The notes beneath the pieces were generated by a model, which was not told the origin of the DNA, did no database searches, and worked only from the letters and a program-made list of their open reading frames with translations. From NCBI RefSeq assembly GCF_009914755.1, contig NC_060938.1: a stretch of DNA of 64,000 bases; one strand, 5' to 3'. Source of the DNA: the human T2T-CHM13v2.0 reference genome, Homo sapiens. Of this stretch, positions 44,153-58,289 are shown in pieces (position 1 is the first letter of the stretch; each line of letters starts with the position of its first letter). The position numbers and the translations under genes were made by a program.

Positions 44153-45012
44153 TCTTCTCAGGAGCAGACACAGGCACTGATCAGGAACAGGGGACCTGGG
44201 AAGGTCAGTAGCTGGTCAGGGTTTCTGAGGACCAGCGTCAGTGATGGGACCTGCCTGTCCCTTCTCATATGGGATGTCTCTCCTGGGGATCCTGTACTGT
44301 CTTATTTGTGCAAGTCCACTCTGTGGGACTTGTCTTTATAAATCTCAAATCTCAGGAACAGGAGAGCTGTGCTCCGAAAGCCCCCATAGAGAAGACACAT
44401 TCCCATCCTGCTGTGATTGAAACAGCTCCATCCTGGGCATGGGGAGGGCTCATGTGTCCCCACACTGGGATGAACAGCAGCAGCCGCATGTGAGCTGAGG
44501 AGGACTCAAGGATGTTTCCCAGCACTTCCCCCAAGAAGGAAATTTGTGTGATTACCCCATATCCCGGCTGGCCCTGTGACTTGCTTCTTTCAAACTTCTT
44601 GGCCTGGAAAGTGCAGGCACCAGCTGTTACTGTCACCCCTGTTGTGACAGTGTACACAGCACCAGGGCAGCAGCCTGGGGATGGGGCTGAGGAGAGACAC
44701 TAGCTAGGTGAATCCATTGAAAACTTGGGGACCTGCGGGGGTTCCCACTCTGAGAAGCACAGATCCTAGAGGGTTTGGAGGAGGAGGAAGTCACCATCAG
44801 TGACTCAGGAGCTGCTGCTCTGAAGGTCACCTGATTTGCAGGTAGCAGTGGGCAGGTGAGTGTGCTTCATCCCTACAGGGACACGAGGCTTCGACCTGTC
44901 CCTCCTCACCAGGAAGGAAACTGGCTTTGTTCATCCCAGTTTCCCCAGCTGTCTGGTCATCCTCTCTTCCTGACCTCCTGCCCAGGGCCCTCAGGCCTGT
45001 GATGCATGGACA
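44153..45012 (+). repeat. Direct repeat copy B
   Basis: Near-identical to 34596-35456. Confidence 0.92.
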
Positions 45013-45157
45013 GAGGCACTTTCTACTCCGGTCGTTGATTCCCCAAGCCAGCTCCCTCTAGAAAATGCATGATGTCTTCCTGGTTCTCTGTCCCTGGCTG
45101 AACCAGAGAGGACACACATGGATATACCAAAGTGTCAAAGTGGAGGAGAGGAATCTT

Positions 45158-45640
45158 GGAAAGCAGTCTGGAGAGAGGGTGCGAAGAACAGGAAACACTT
45201 GTACAGTGTTGGGTGGAATGTGAATTAGTCCAAGCACTGTGGAAAGCAGTCTGGAGCGAGGCTGCAGAGAACAGGAAACACTTGTACAGTGTTGGGTGGA
45301 ATGTGAATTAGTCCAAGCACTGTGGAAAGCAGTCTGGAGATTTGAAAAGTATTTGAAGCAGAGCTGCCACTTGGCCCGGCCATCTCATATGTGGGTATAT
45401 GCACAAAAGAAAATAAATCAGTCTACCAAAAAATACACCCACTTACATGTTCATTGCTATGCTACTCTTAATACCTAAGACATAAATCCAACCTATGTGT
45501 CCTTTCATGGTGAATTTGATCAAGAAAATATGGTACATGTATACCATGGAACACTATGCATTCACAGAAAAAGAATAAAATCATGTCTTTTGTGGCAACA
45601 TGGATGCAGCTGGAAGTCAACATTCTAAGCAAGCTGATGA
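45158..45640 (+). mobile_element. L1 ORF2 3' fragment with an 83-bp tandem duplication at its start
   Basis: ggaaagcagtctggag at 45158/45241/45324; aaaatatggtacatgtataccatggaacactatgca. Confidence 0.85.
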
Positions 45641-46683
45641 AGAACGAGATGATGAGAGTCAACGGGAGATGAAGCTGACATTTTGGGTTTGCCTGTGTGT
45701 AAAACGGAGAAAAGAAATCACCTGGGCACATAGACTCTTAAAATAGCCAAGTCTGGAGCCACTCATATCCCAGTTTCCATTTCATTAGGTTTTAATCTTC
45801 GTCATTTTTAGTGAGTTAAATTTGGTTTTCTTTACTCTTGGCTAAAATAACCACACGTCCTGAATTAGAGGCATTGCAATCAAAAGGTCATATTTGAAGC
45901 TTACAAGTCCCAAGTCAGGTCAAAGTTAGTGTGAGATTCAGTGTGATAGATAGGAGACATGGCTGGATACTAAGAATGGGCTCAGGGTTATTTTACCTAA
46001 ATTAGGAAAATTTGTTCACATCCCTTATGTTAGATTTCATTGGAAACCTTTGTTCTAATACCATCTCTGATAGATTATACCTCAATAATTAAGCTGGAGG
46101 TTATGAATTAGTAATTTAAATTAATAGTGGAAGCCTCCATCTAGAATATATTTCTCTACCAAGTGTAAAGTTAGCTCAGACGGCAGAAATAACTGCACTC
46201 AGCAGAGCTTGTCAGTAAGGCAAAGACATACACAAACACATTTATTGCAAGGGTAGTACATGACTTGGAAGTGATCCACACACAAAAGGATTCTCGCATT
46301 GTCTAGAACACGTCAAAATGGACAAGGGAAGGGATTGTAAATGCACTCCTAAGTCCTGGAGACCTGACTAACATAACATAGGAAGAAAAGGCAAAGAAAA
46401 AAGTAGCATAATAACTAAAATACATCTGTAACTCTATCTATCTATGTATTTATGTTTGCAACTATATCTCTATCGAGGTACGTATGTATGTATGTATGTA
46501 TGTAGCCATCTATCATCTATCTATTTAAAGCAAGCAGCCCTAAAATTGTTTGTAATACTATCTAAAAATGGAAGAAACTACAATCACTCATATAACACAG
46601 AATAATACTGTCTACAGCTTTCTGGAAATGTTGAAAAAATTGTAACCCTTAAATTAAAATCTTCAAAACTTTAAGAAAATCTC

Positions 46684-46995
46684 GGCTGGGTGTGGTGGCT
46701 CACGCTGTAATACCAGCACTTCGGGAGGCCAAGGCAGGAGGACCACTTGAGGTCAGGAGTGCGAGATCATCCTGGCCAGCATGGCAAAACCCCGTCTCTA
46801 CTAAAAATATGAAAAACTTAGCTGGGTGTGGTGGCACATGCCTGTAATATCAGCTTTTGGGAGGCCGAGACAGGAATCGCTTGAATCAGGGAGACAGAGG
46901 TCACAGTGAGTCGAGATCGCACCACCGCACTCTAGCCTGGGCAACAGAGTGAGACTCTGTCTCAAACAACAACAACAAAAAAAAAAAAAAAAAGG
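46684..46995 (+). mobile_element. AluS element
   Basis: Alu consensus with A tail. Confidence 0.93.
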
Positions 46996-47399
46996 AAAAG
47001 GAAAAGAAAATCTTGGACTTCCTTGGCCAAAGTTTCTCCCCGTGGTGTTACGGTATTATAGTCAGCTCCTCCAGAGTATGTCCGTTATTACACTATTATT
47101 TGGTGGCTGAAAGATCGTACCTTTAGAGACTTTACACTCAGTGCTCACCGCTGTCTTATTGCACGCATGCATGTGTTACAAAATATTGAAAGTGATTTCT
47201 GTATTATACCAACTCCATTCACCAACAGATTAAGGCTACTTTGGTACTTCATCTTTTCAACAGTCTCTCATGTGTCTATTGCAAATAAAGTCATGAGAAA
47301 ATACTGCTCTTGAACCTCATTTCAAGGACTCTTGCCAAGTACTTTTAGCCAAAACAAAGGAGTGACTTTTAGAATGTCAATACTTAGGTCCATATTTAT

Positions 47400-48270
47400 A
47401 AACTTTAAACTAAAAGTAAAATTGCAGTCACCCCATGAGATTGAGTGGTTCCCCCTCTTGGCCAAGGAGGCACCAAAAACACCTAAAAACTGAGTTCCCA
47501 GCTGGGCAGAACAAGAGATCAGACACACCTCATTATACCCACTCCCTTTTGTGGTTCAGAGACAACATGGACCAACACTAACATTAAAATGGAGATCATA
47601 AGACTGACAGAACAGATTCTCTGGGGCAATAAGATGCCCCGTTATAAACAAGACCTAAGGCCATGCCAGGCAGGGGTTACATCCCTCACCCCAACTCTTA
47701 AAGAATATAAACTGTTATTTTCTTCTGTAGCAGCAAAATAAGCACTGATCCTGAGATAAGCACGATTTAACCAACTGCAGCTCATCCTCTGACTAACTGA
47801 CCCCCCATTCCACAGCCATAACCCCAGCTTGGATGGGACACCAGATTGATTTCAGGAATTTTCTCCTGATCAGAGACCACTGACCAAGGCCTGGTTCTGG
47901 CCATTTATGGAGGCTGCGCTCTGAGGGTCTTTGTGCCCCTGCTCCAGCTTTTGGCACTTAGGGCCTAACTGTAACACATTTAAATGCTAAGTCCCCACTG
48001 CTAAGTGGGTCACATGTGACGTGTATGTTTGCTCCCATATTCATGTGTCATGACCACCTTTATGAACACGCATAGCCCCTCCTGTAATCCGTTGATTATG
48101 TCTGTTTAGCCAACACGTTCAGCATAAAGTTTCTGCCCCACCGCTCCTCCTTGGGAGTGCCTGTCTCTCGTCTTCACCAATGGCTGTGCTTCCCAGCCTG
48201 TGAAATGGCTGTAATCTTTTATAAAAAGTAAAGGCTTATTTTTTAAAATTTGTAGATTGTGTGATTTTTC
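47400..48270 (+). mobile_element. ERV1-class (MER4-group-like) LTR
   Basis: aaactgagttcccagc...cctcattatacc...gagatcataagactgacagaacaga LTR-like motifs; subfamily not determined. Confidence 0.6.
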
Positions 48271-48329
48271 ATGTAATGCAACCGAGGAATTAATTCATAA
48301 ACCCACCCAGTTGTAAGGCTGCTCAAGTA

Positions 48330-49357
48330 CGAAGGGGAGACCTGCCCCTCCACACCTGTGGGTATTCCTCGTCAGGTGGGATGAGAGACTGAGAAAAGAA
48401 ATAAGACACAGAAACAAAGTATAGAGAAACAACAGTGGGCCCAGGGAACCGGCACTCAGCATACCAAGGACCTGCACTGGCACCGGCCTCTGAGGTCCCT
48501 CAGTTTTTATTGATTATTATTTTCATTATTTCAGCAAAAAGGAATGTAGTAGGAGAGTAGGGTGATAGTGGGGAGAAGGTCAGCAAAAAACATGTGAGCA
48601 AAAGAATCTATGTCGTAATTAAGTTCAAGGGAAGGTACTATGCCTGGACATGCATGTAGGCCAGATTTATGTTTCTCTCCGCCCAAACATCTCAGCGGCA
48701 TAAAGAATAACAAGGCAGCATTACTGCAAATATGTCTCGCCTCCCACCATAAGGCGGTTTTTTCCCTATCTCAAAATTGAACAAAAGTGCAATCGGGTTT
48801 TATACCAAGACATTCAGTTCCCAGGGGCAGGCAGAAGACAGTGGCCTTCCTCTAACTCAACTGCAAGAGGCTTTCCTCTTTTACTAACCCTCCTCAGCAC
48901 AGACCCTTTACGGGAGTCAGGCTGGGGGACGGTCAGGTCTTTCTCATCCCACGAGGCCATATCTCAGACTATCACATGGGAAGAAACCTTGGACAATACC
49001 CCGCCTTCAAGGGCAGAGGTCCCTGCGGCTTTCCACAGTGCACTGTGCCCCTGGTTTATTGAGAGTAGACAATGCGGATGACCTTTATCAAGTATACTGC
49101 TTGTAAACATTTTGTTAACAAGGCACGTCCTGCACAGCCCTAGATCCCTTAAACCTTGATTTTATACAACACATGTTTTTGTGAGCTCCAGGTTGGCTCA
49201 AAGTGGCTGGGTCAAAATGGCTGGGGCAAAGCTACAAATTAACAACATCTCAGCAAAGCAATTGTTTAAAGTACAGGTCTTTTTCAAAATGGAGTCTCTT
49301 ATGTCTTCCCTTTCTATATAGACACAGTGACAGTCTGATTTCTCTTTCTTTTCCCTA
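48330..49357 (-). mobile_element. HERV-K (HML-2) solo LTR, LTR5A/5B-type
   Basis: Minus start tagggaaaagaaagagaaatcagactgtcactgtgtctat...gagactccattttgaaaaagacctgtac; end cccacaggtgtggaggggcagg. No clear TSD. Confidence 0.88.
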
Positions 49358-50548
49358 GTGAAGGACACCAAGCTGAGCATTCCCATGTATCCTGTAAGGC
49401 CTGAGATATATTGAAGAAGGACTTGACCCGAGACCCTCAGAGCAAGCTGATGATCTCACAGAGTGAAGAGCTTCCACCCAGGACATTGGTCCAAGATCCC
49501 TGTTCAATTTGTTCTTCTCTTTCTTTTTGTTATGTGCTTACACTTAAAAAAACTCTATTTTCTGCAGACCTATTTGCTGTCCACCCAGAGTGAACACTTA
49601 CCTCATTTTTCACTCATTTGCTTAAGTTGCTAAGTAGAATAAGTCATCAGACTCTATTTTGATGCCTCATTACTGATGACAGGATTAATCCTTTTCCTTC
49701 ACTTTTGTCCCCCACACATGGGAAATTTAGTAGAAAATCATGGAAGTGTCCTCACTGGATGCCAGTATTAGGTTCAAATTATACAAGCTCCTTCCCCTTA
49801 GTAGGAAGCCCCACCATTCCTTCAACACCAAACCATCATAAAAACCCTGAGGCAGCTTCTTTCCTGCTCTATTGAGCCAGTTTGGACTTTATTGAGAGGC
49901 CTGTGCAGCCCTCAGCAGACGCCTCAATAATGGAGTTGGTAAATCTTTCCATATTCACGTGGTGTGTGAATGTGGCACCATCAGACTCGACATCCACACT
50001 AAACATTGGTGAGGGTATCTCTTCCTTTGCATGGGGTCACCTGCAATTGGAGCTGTGAGCTTGGGTCCTGACAGTGACCACCACGGGCACTTTCTTCTCT
50101 TGCACTGGATACTAACTCCTTCCGCCCCAGTGTCTGGCATGCACCGTATCCTGCCTGCTGCTTGCTGGCCCTTTCAGTGCTGTCATGCTGGGCTGCAGTG
50201 TTGAGTTAAACAAAGTGTCTTTTATAGATTTAGCTGATTTACTTCAGAAGCATTGATAATTGACATTTAAAGACAAGATTAAGCGACTGTAGGAAACTGT
50301 CTTTTACACATGTGAGAAGATTTTTCTTTTATTAAAACAAACATTTTCATTTCAGAGACTTTGGAGATAAGCAAAAAATCATGAATTCAGATAAATTCCT
50401 CAAGGGAAGATGTTTTATGGAGAAGAAGCCACAGTGCTGACGGGAAAGAAGAGCTCAGCCTCCATCTGCACCTGCCCCTGAGGCTGGCTCTTGTGATCAG
50501 CGTGTCCTGAGCACCCCTGGGGTTAGAATCCTGTGCTCACTTCAGTGA

Positions 50549-50581
50549 GGTTTGTGTCTGGACTCAAACTCACTTTCCCTC
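50549..50581 (-). other. Orphan V-RSS remnant (nonamer plus 23-nt spacer; no heptamer or V exon)
   Basis: ggtttgtgt + ctggactcaaactcactttccct closely matches the IGHV4-4 RSS spacer. Confidence 0.7.
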
Positions 50582-52749
50582 TATTTTTTCCTCCAAATTA
50601 GAGAAATTGTAAGTCATGGATCAGTGCAGGTCAGAGAACACCAAATAGCAGGATAAGCCCTTAACACACACACACACGACACACACATACCCACACACAC
50701 ACAAACACTCTTAGGTGAATCATATTCAAATTACTAAAACATACAGACAAATGGAAATACATGCCAGCAATTGGAGACGAGTAGAGGGGGCATACCTTGC
50801 AATAGAATAGAAATGAATAATATCAGCATTGCTTTGGTTATAACCATATAAGCAATAGGACAATTGATGGTATCTGTAAAGTGTTGGGAAAAAAGTCAAC
50901 CCATTATTTTATAACCAGTGAAGGAAACAGTTCCACATCTCACATGACGGTATAAGGAGCTCGATATATCCATGCCTCCATGAAACTGGTGAGATTAATT
51001 TTGAAAAATTAACGGGTCTGGAAAGGCCCTGTCAACATACAGAAAGTGAAGGAACATTTATTCGAGATAATCTACAAAACCTCAGTAAGGTCAGACATGA
51101 TATTGATATTTGATCAAAGATTCTCTTCCTTCCTTCTATGCCCGAGCTCAGCATGATGTAAATTCCACCACAGATGGCTGCAGCCAAGTAGACAGGATTC
51201 CTTCTGCCCAGCTCCCAGCAGAGCACACTCTTCCCCAGGGGCCAGGACATTGGCCCTCCGACCTTGCCCACAGGTCATGCTGCTGAGGCTCAGTTCTAGA
51301 CAAGACTTACTGAGAACCAGAGACTCACTTCTTCCACACAGCCCCACTCATGGATGCAGGCTCTGCCCTGAGTGCAGCACCAAGGAGGAGGACATTGGCT
51401 GCCTGGTTCCCAGCCCTGCTCCTATGGCAGAGGGTCCACCCCAGCAGGATCTGCATGCTGGTAAAGTGGAAAGCTCCTCCCCATCCCTCCACTGAGCACT
51501 CATCTCCTACATTGAGGAAGAAAAACGCTCTTAATCTCCACCTGCAGAATCTTATTTAGGAGCTCTGTCTCAGGAGTGGGGGTGAGGCTGAAATTTGGTC
51601 ATAAAATAGAGTCCCGAATCTGGTCTCGAAGGACCTGACTTCATTTACAACAGAGTGTGGAGAATTACAAAAACAGTGGAGGCTGTGGTAAAATGCACTT
51701 GGGAGGAGATGGGTAGATGCATGAGAGGTCCAGGCTAAACTGCAGGGCTGCTGGCCTGCAGGAGAGAACCAAGAAGAAAGAGAGCGGGAAGAGTTCTCCT
51801 GGGGTCGGTACAAATGTCAGGCACTGTTTGTTCAAAGGCGCCCATGTTTGTTTGGTTCAGTCTGTAGAGCAACTTAGCCCTCAGTGCATTGTTGAAAATA
51901 TAAACTTCCAACTGCAGGTAGTGGAGCTCAACATCTGGTCCTGGTCAGGGAAGAGCCAGAGAGAGTCCAGCCCAAGCCAGTGACATGTGAGGGTGACAGT
52001 GAAATCCATGACTGTGTCTCTGGGGATCTTTCAGGCAGGCCTTCTGTCACTCAGAAGAAAGTCTGGAGTTCACCTGTAATGGTTTGTGTCAAATTTTCAA
52101 AGATGTTCATGTTGTTTTTAGTTTCTAACACACACACACACACACCACACACACACACACACAATGTTAAACATCTGAATACGTGTGTGTGTGAACACAT
52201 GATTTTAATCCTTTGTAGGACATACTCAGGGATGAGAGTTCTAGGTCATGGATTAAGGACATGTTTAATTTTATAAGAAACTGTAAACAGTTCTCCCAGA
52301 AACTCTTTCATTTTGCACTAGCAATATTTTAGTCTCTCGGGGCCTGGCATGCTCACTGACACTGGTACTGTCAGTATTTCTTCTTTATTTTTCCTCATTC
52401 TAAAGCCTAAAGTCGTGTCTCCTTTTGGTCTTGATTTGAATTTCTCTACTGGAAAATTACATTCATATGCTGATGTGTCATCTGTACATCTTCTTTGATA
52501 GAAAGTTTGCACAAACCTTTGCCTATTTTATAAACAGATTGCTTCTTTTTACTGTTGAGTTTTGAGGGTTCTTATTATAATTACATTGTTAGATGTATGA
52601 TTTGCAAATACTTTCTCCCCTGAAGCTTGTCCTTCAGTTTCTTGATAGTCGGTTGAATAGAAAATGTTTTAAAATTTGATGAAGTTCAACTAAAATTATT
52701 TTCATTTATTGATCACACGTTTTAATTTTCAGGATTGTTGATCAACTGT

Positions 52750-54100
52750 TAATAATTTCACATTTCAATTGTATTTGTTTTTATTTTATACGTATACATT
52801 TACGGGGAGTGACTGCAATTTTGTTACATATATATATTGCATAGTCGTCTTGGCTTTAATGTATCCATGATCCAAATAATGTACATCATACCCTTTAAGT
52901 AATTTCTCACCATTCTCCCAACTTCTGCTCTCCCATGTTTCTGAGTCTGCAATGTCCATCATTCCTTTCTCTATGGCCCTGTGCACATATTACTTAGCTC
53001 CCATTTATAAGTGAAAAAGTGTGGTGTGTGCTGTTCTACTTCTCGTTTATTAGACTTAAAATAATGACCCAGAGTTCCATCCATGTAGCTGCAAAATACA
53101 TGATTCCATTCCTTAATATGGCTGGATAGTATTTAATTGTATATATATGTGACTTTTTAAATAAAATTATCTGTTGTAAGACACAGGTTAATTCCTTAGG
53201 TTGATATCTATGCTACTGTGAATAGTTCTGCAGGAAAACAAAAGTTTGGTTATCATTCTGATATGATGATTTATTTTTCCTTTGGGTAGTTACCCAATGG
53301 TGGGGTCATTGAATCAAAGGTAGTTCTGCTTTTATTTCTTTGAAAAATCTCCACATTGTTTTCCATAGAGGCTGTGCTCATCTACATCCTCACCAACAAT
53401 GACTGAGACTTCCCTTTGCCTTTGATCGCCACCGATGTCTGCTATTTTTGCTTCTTTTATAGTAGCCATTCTGACTGGTGTAAGATACCTCTTTGCAGTT
53501 TTAATTTGCATATCCCTGATAATCAGTGATGTTTAGCACTTGTCCAGTTATATGTGTTCTTTAAAAAAATTCCTACTCGTGTCCTTTGCCAATTTTTAAT
53601 GAGGTTATTTGTTTTTTCATAGCTGTTGTTGTGGTGGGGTTGTTTCAGTTCCGTGTAAATTCTGCCTATCAGTCCCCTGCCAGATGCAATGTGTGCAAAT
53701 ATTTTTTAGCATTCTGCAATTTGTCTGTTCACTCTGTTGCTGTGTGGAAGCTCTTTAGTTTAACTAAATTCCATTCATCTATTTTTGATGTTATTGCTTG
53801 TGCTTTTGAGGTTTTTGTGGTAAATTATTTACTAAGCCCAATGTCCAGAGGAGTTCTCCTGGTGTTTTCTTCGAGTACATTTATATTTTGAAGTCCTATA
53901 ATCAAGCCTTCAGTCCATTTTCTTATGGTTATGTATATGTCGACAGGTTGGTGTCCAGTTTCATTCTTCTGCATATGGCAGTCCAATTGTCCCAGCAACA
54001 TGGCATGAAGAGCGTGGCCTCTTCCCCGTGCATATTTTTGTTGACTTTGTCAAAGATCACTTGACCATAGATTGTGTGGCTCAGTTCTGGGTTTTGTACA
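52750..54100 (-). mobile_element. L1 3' region (L1MA/PB-like)
   Basis: ttagctcccatttataagtga, tagccattctgactggtgtaagat, tccagtttcattcttctgcatatgg. Confidence 0.85.
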
Positions 54101-54963
54101 ACGTACCTGAGAGCCTTGATTCTCCGGGGATTTCAGCACTGACCTGCTCACTGCTGGAACTCTGTTAGCTCAGTACCTTTTGAGTGTAGTGACTTGTTGC
54201 CATGGGATGGTTTTCCTAAAATTGTAGACAGTTATGTTTCATGTTGAAACGTGAGCTAGGATTTTCATAAGAAAGGTATTGTTGAATTTTCCATTTCTTT
54301 TCCACATTGCTCCTCAGACTCACTGACGTGGGTTTCTGATGTCAAGTTGAGGCACTCCCTTTCTAAGAGCTGGATTTTTAATTACATGGGTATTTATGGG
54401 CTCCCTGTGTGGAAATAAGCCTTGTCTATCACACCTACCCTACGACATTTTTAGAAATTTATTTCTGCACTGTTACTGTGAGACACTCCGTGATGGGGAC
54501 ACATTCCATCTGTTTTATTGTTTTATAAAATTATTTTATTAACGCACCTTTCTCTCTACGAGAAAAGCTATTATCTGAATTTTCACAATTCCTCCTGCTC
54601 CCTTATCCCCACATTTTTCTCCAGTGTCATTTCCTGCAGTTTAATAAAGGCATATGTTCTGCTGTTTTGTATTCGGCCGCTTGGAGTAGTATGAGCCCAT
54701 TAAACTGGCGGCCACATACCAGTGATGCATCTGGCCCAGGTAACATGAACATTTCATGCTGAATGTTTGACAAACAGGACTCAGCTTCTGCTTCTATGAA
54801 CTATTAACAGGAGTCATGCCATTTATTATTAAAGAAGAAGGAGGAAGACAGGGCTCTGAGTCTAATGGGGATGGGAAATGCAGGCCCTGGCAGGAAAACG
54901 TATCTCAGCTGCACTTTCCTGTTCTGCAGAGGTGGGGAGGGAGCACCAATGAGAAGCAGCCTG

Positions 54964-55002
54964 GGTTTTTGTACAGGAGGTGCCCTGGGCTGTGTCTTTG
55001 TG
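54964..55002 (-). promoter_or_regulatory. IGHV2-5 23-RSS (variant heptamer)
   Basis: CACAAAG (54996-55002), 23 nt, consensus ACAAAAACC (54964-54972). Confidence 0.95.
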
Positions 55003-55446
55003 GTCTGTGTGCACAGTAATATGTGGCTGTGTCCACAGGGTCCATGTTGGTCATTGTAAGGACCACCTGGTTTTTGGAGGTGTCCTTGGTGATGGTGAGC
55101 CTGCTCTTCAGAGATGGGCTGTAGCGCTTATCATCATCCCAATAAATGAGTGCAAGCCACTCCAGGGCCTTTCCTGGGGGCTGACGGATCCAGCCCACAC
55201 CCACTCCACTAGTGCTGAGTGAGAACCCAGAGAAGGTGCAGGTCAGCGTGAGGGTCTGTGTGGGTTTCACCAGCGTAGGACCAGACTCCTTCAAGGTGAT
55301 CTGGGACAAGACCCCTGTGGAGAAAGCATAAGAAGATGAAGCCCACAAACAAGAAAACTGATGTTTCACCCGTGAAGGAGTCCCTGACCACAGCACTCAC
55401 ATGAAGGGATGGTCAGCAGCAGGAGCGTGGAGCAAAGTGTGTCCAT
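55003..55446 (-). CDS. IGHV2-5: Ig heavy variable gene IGHV2-5, *02-like; leader exon 55401-55446, V exon 55003-55314
   Basis: [19 protein letters not shown]; [37 protein letters not shown]...[16 protein letters not shown]...YYCAHR. Confidence 0.97.
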
Positions 55447-55487
55447 GGTGGGGCACAGGAGTCACTGAGCTGGGACCTGTGCTCGGC

Positions 55488-55529
55488 TTTTTCAACCCAG
55501 AGGAGGGTGGAGCTGGTGGAGATTTGCAT
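55488..55529 (-). promoter_or_regulatory. IGHV2-5 promoter
   Basis: ATGCAAAT at 55522-55529; TTGAAAAA TATA-like element. Confidence 0.88.
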
Positions 55530-56733
55530 TCCCCTCATCTGTGCCCTACTCTATGGGATGGAGTCAGGTTTCAGGACTCAGGAGGGTGTTGCATCTGTGG
55601 TGAGGAGCAGTGATAGTAACATGATCAGTGTAATTCAGATGGCATTAATCTAAGGCTGGGCAAGTAGATTCTGAGTAGAAGTCTTTGCAGAAGTCATGAT
55701 TATGAGGTCATGTTGGTCTTTTTGCAAGAACTATTTTATGATAGTTCTTGTTGTCAGGGATATGTGTGTAAGAATTCTCCCTACACTTCCTGAATCCATT
55801 TGTCAGGGTTTTAACATATGTGACTCCATTTTGATTCTTACAAATTTCACAATCTCATCCTAAAAGCACTGGTGGAGAAGGACAGTTTATGTAGCAGCCA
55901 ATTAACTCTACATCCACCTCCCATTTTAACCAGACAAACATATTTCTTTCACTACAAATGGCCACTTGCATTTCCAGAGAAGCCTATACACAATACAGTG
56001 GATGGTCCTGAGCAAGGAGAGTGAAGAAAGTCCCTTCAGCCTCTTCCACATGGCTGCAGTAGCCACAGCCTGAGCCCCAGCTGAGCTACAGGGAAAGGGC
56101 TTCAGCCCTTGAATTGAGGTCACGGAGACCACATTTACCTTTTCCAGGGAGCAGGAAAATCCAAAGGAAAAGTGAGAACGACAACTAAAAATAAAATAAA
56201 TTAGAATCAAAAGAAGCACCAGATCAGTGTTATTAATTTGCATAATTTAGTGTCAGGAGAAGGGTCAGACAAAAAACTTGTGAGGGTCCCCATATTCTAT
56301 ATGACACTGACCATGGTCTACCATCTTTAGGCTGTTATCACCATCCTTAATGACTACTCTAAGGGAGACCCACTAAGGTCTCTGTTCTGAGTGTGATTGG
56401 AGAAGACTCAACAGGTCCCAGTGAGCTTCTACATGTCTCCAATTTTGGTGACTATGGTTGAGGGCTTTTCATCTCTGTGTCAATTTGTGTTTTGTCCATG
56501 TGAGAGTATGTCCTCAAAACACAATATTTTAAAAAAATATTTGGAGATGTCATTGGTAGGCACAGAATTCTAAAATTACAGAAGTTCCTTGGAGAAACTG
56601 TCAGACGGAGTTTTTTTCTTCTTTTTTCAATGCTTGCAGGAAAGCAGTCCTAACCTTTGCACTCCCCTCTGTGGTTGACTGATCAGTGGGTCCTGAGCGC
56701 CCCCTGCAGCTCATTAGCCCAGGTGTTCCTGGA

Positions 56734-56865
56734 GGTTTGTGTCTCACACCGGCCTTTCCTCATGTGCTTCTCTTGCACAGTAATGTAGTGACGTGTCCTT
56801 GGTTTGCAGATTGCCCATTTGCAGAAACAGCATCTTCTTGACATTGTCTCTTGAGATGATAAATC
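56734..56865 (-). pseudogene. IGHVIII-5-1: FR3-only clan III fragment, by position IGHV(III)-5-1
   Basis: [32 protein letters not shown] (56767-56865); defective RSS (CACATGA, 17-nt spacer, ACACAAACC); truncated by L1 sequence. Confidence 0.85.
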
Positions 56866-57220
56866 AAAGACAAATAAATACTCTGTCGGACAAACAAATC
56901 CTGAGAAAATCTATTCCCAGCATATTAATCTTGCCATAGACGTTTTAGCAGAGTTTCTAGATGAGCAGCCATATGATATACATCCAATACCTGAATGTAT
57001 CCAAAAGATAAAGATTGTCAACAATGAAAAAAATGAGGTTTAAATTTAGTTTTTGCATTTGTGTTTTCTTTATTACATAAATGTGTAAAGCAATTATAAA
57101 AATGTCAATATTACATTTTTATAGCTTATGTAATTACAAACTGATAAAATAAAAAAGGGATAGAAAAGAGGAATTAGACATATATAGTTATAATATCTCT
57201 GTTCTATATATAAAGGGGTA

Positions 57221-57527
<307 letters not shown>

Positions 57528-58289
57528 CTACATTTTTGAATTAGAATTCAATTATAGAAATGTCTTATTGTTATCCTTATGGTAACCAATAAGATATTCA
57601 TCAATAATAATTAAATAATAAATTAATAGAAACAATACATATTATTGTAAAAAGACAAAACAACCATTATTGGACAAAAGGGTAATATCATTAAAAAATA
57701 ATTCCTCATAGTTGACTAAAAAAAAAAAAGACCCAGCAATTATCTTTCTCCAAGAAAACTTCTTAACATATTCACAAAGAGAAGAAATAAGATGGAAAAA
57801 TATAGACCATGAAAATATAAACCAAAGAAAACTTGAATAGCTATGTTAATTTCAGACAAAATAATCATAAAAAGAATACCTTTGCAACTCAAGTGAAATA
57901 TTGCATAAAATAATAGGATCAACTTTTCCAAAATCCATTTTAAAAGACCTAATAAATGGATTTGGAACAGAAAATAGACTAACATGTATAGAACATGGAG
58001 AAATCAACACTCATTGTGATTGAGAAAACAAGCAATGATTAAATAGGTAAAGATATAAGAGTCCCAAATGGCACTATCAACCTACTTGATAAATTTTTAT
58101 CTATAAAATATTCAACTAGAAAACTTCAGAAATACAAACTGTCATTTACCAGAAGAGAATAAAGGAACAAGACAACTGAATTCAAACTGATGGCCTTGAT
58201 GGAATCTGGAAACAAACAAATATACGAAAGCAACAGCAAAGAGAGATTCTGTCCCAAAAAAAAGAAAAGAAGATATCCACTAAAAGGGA

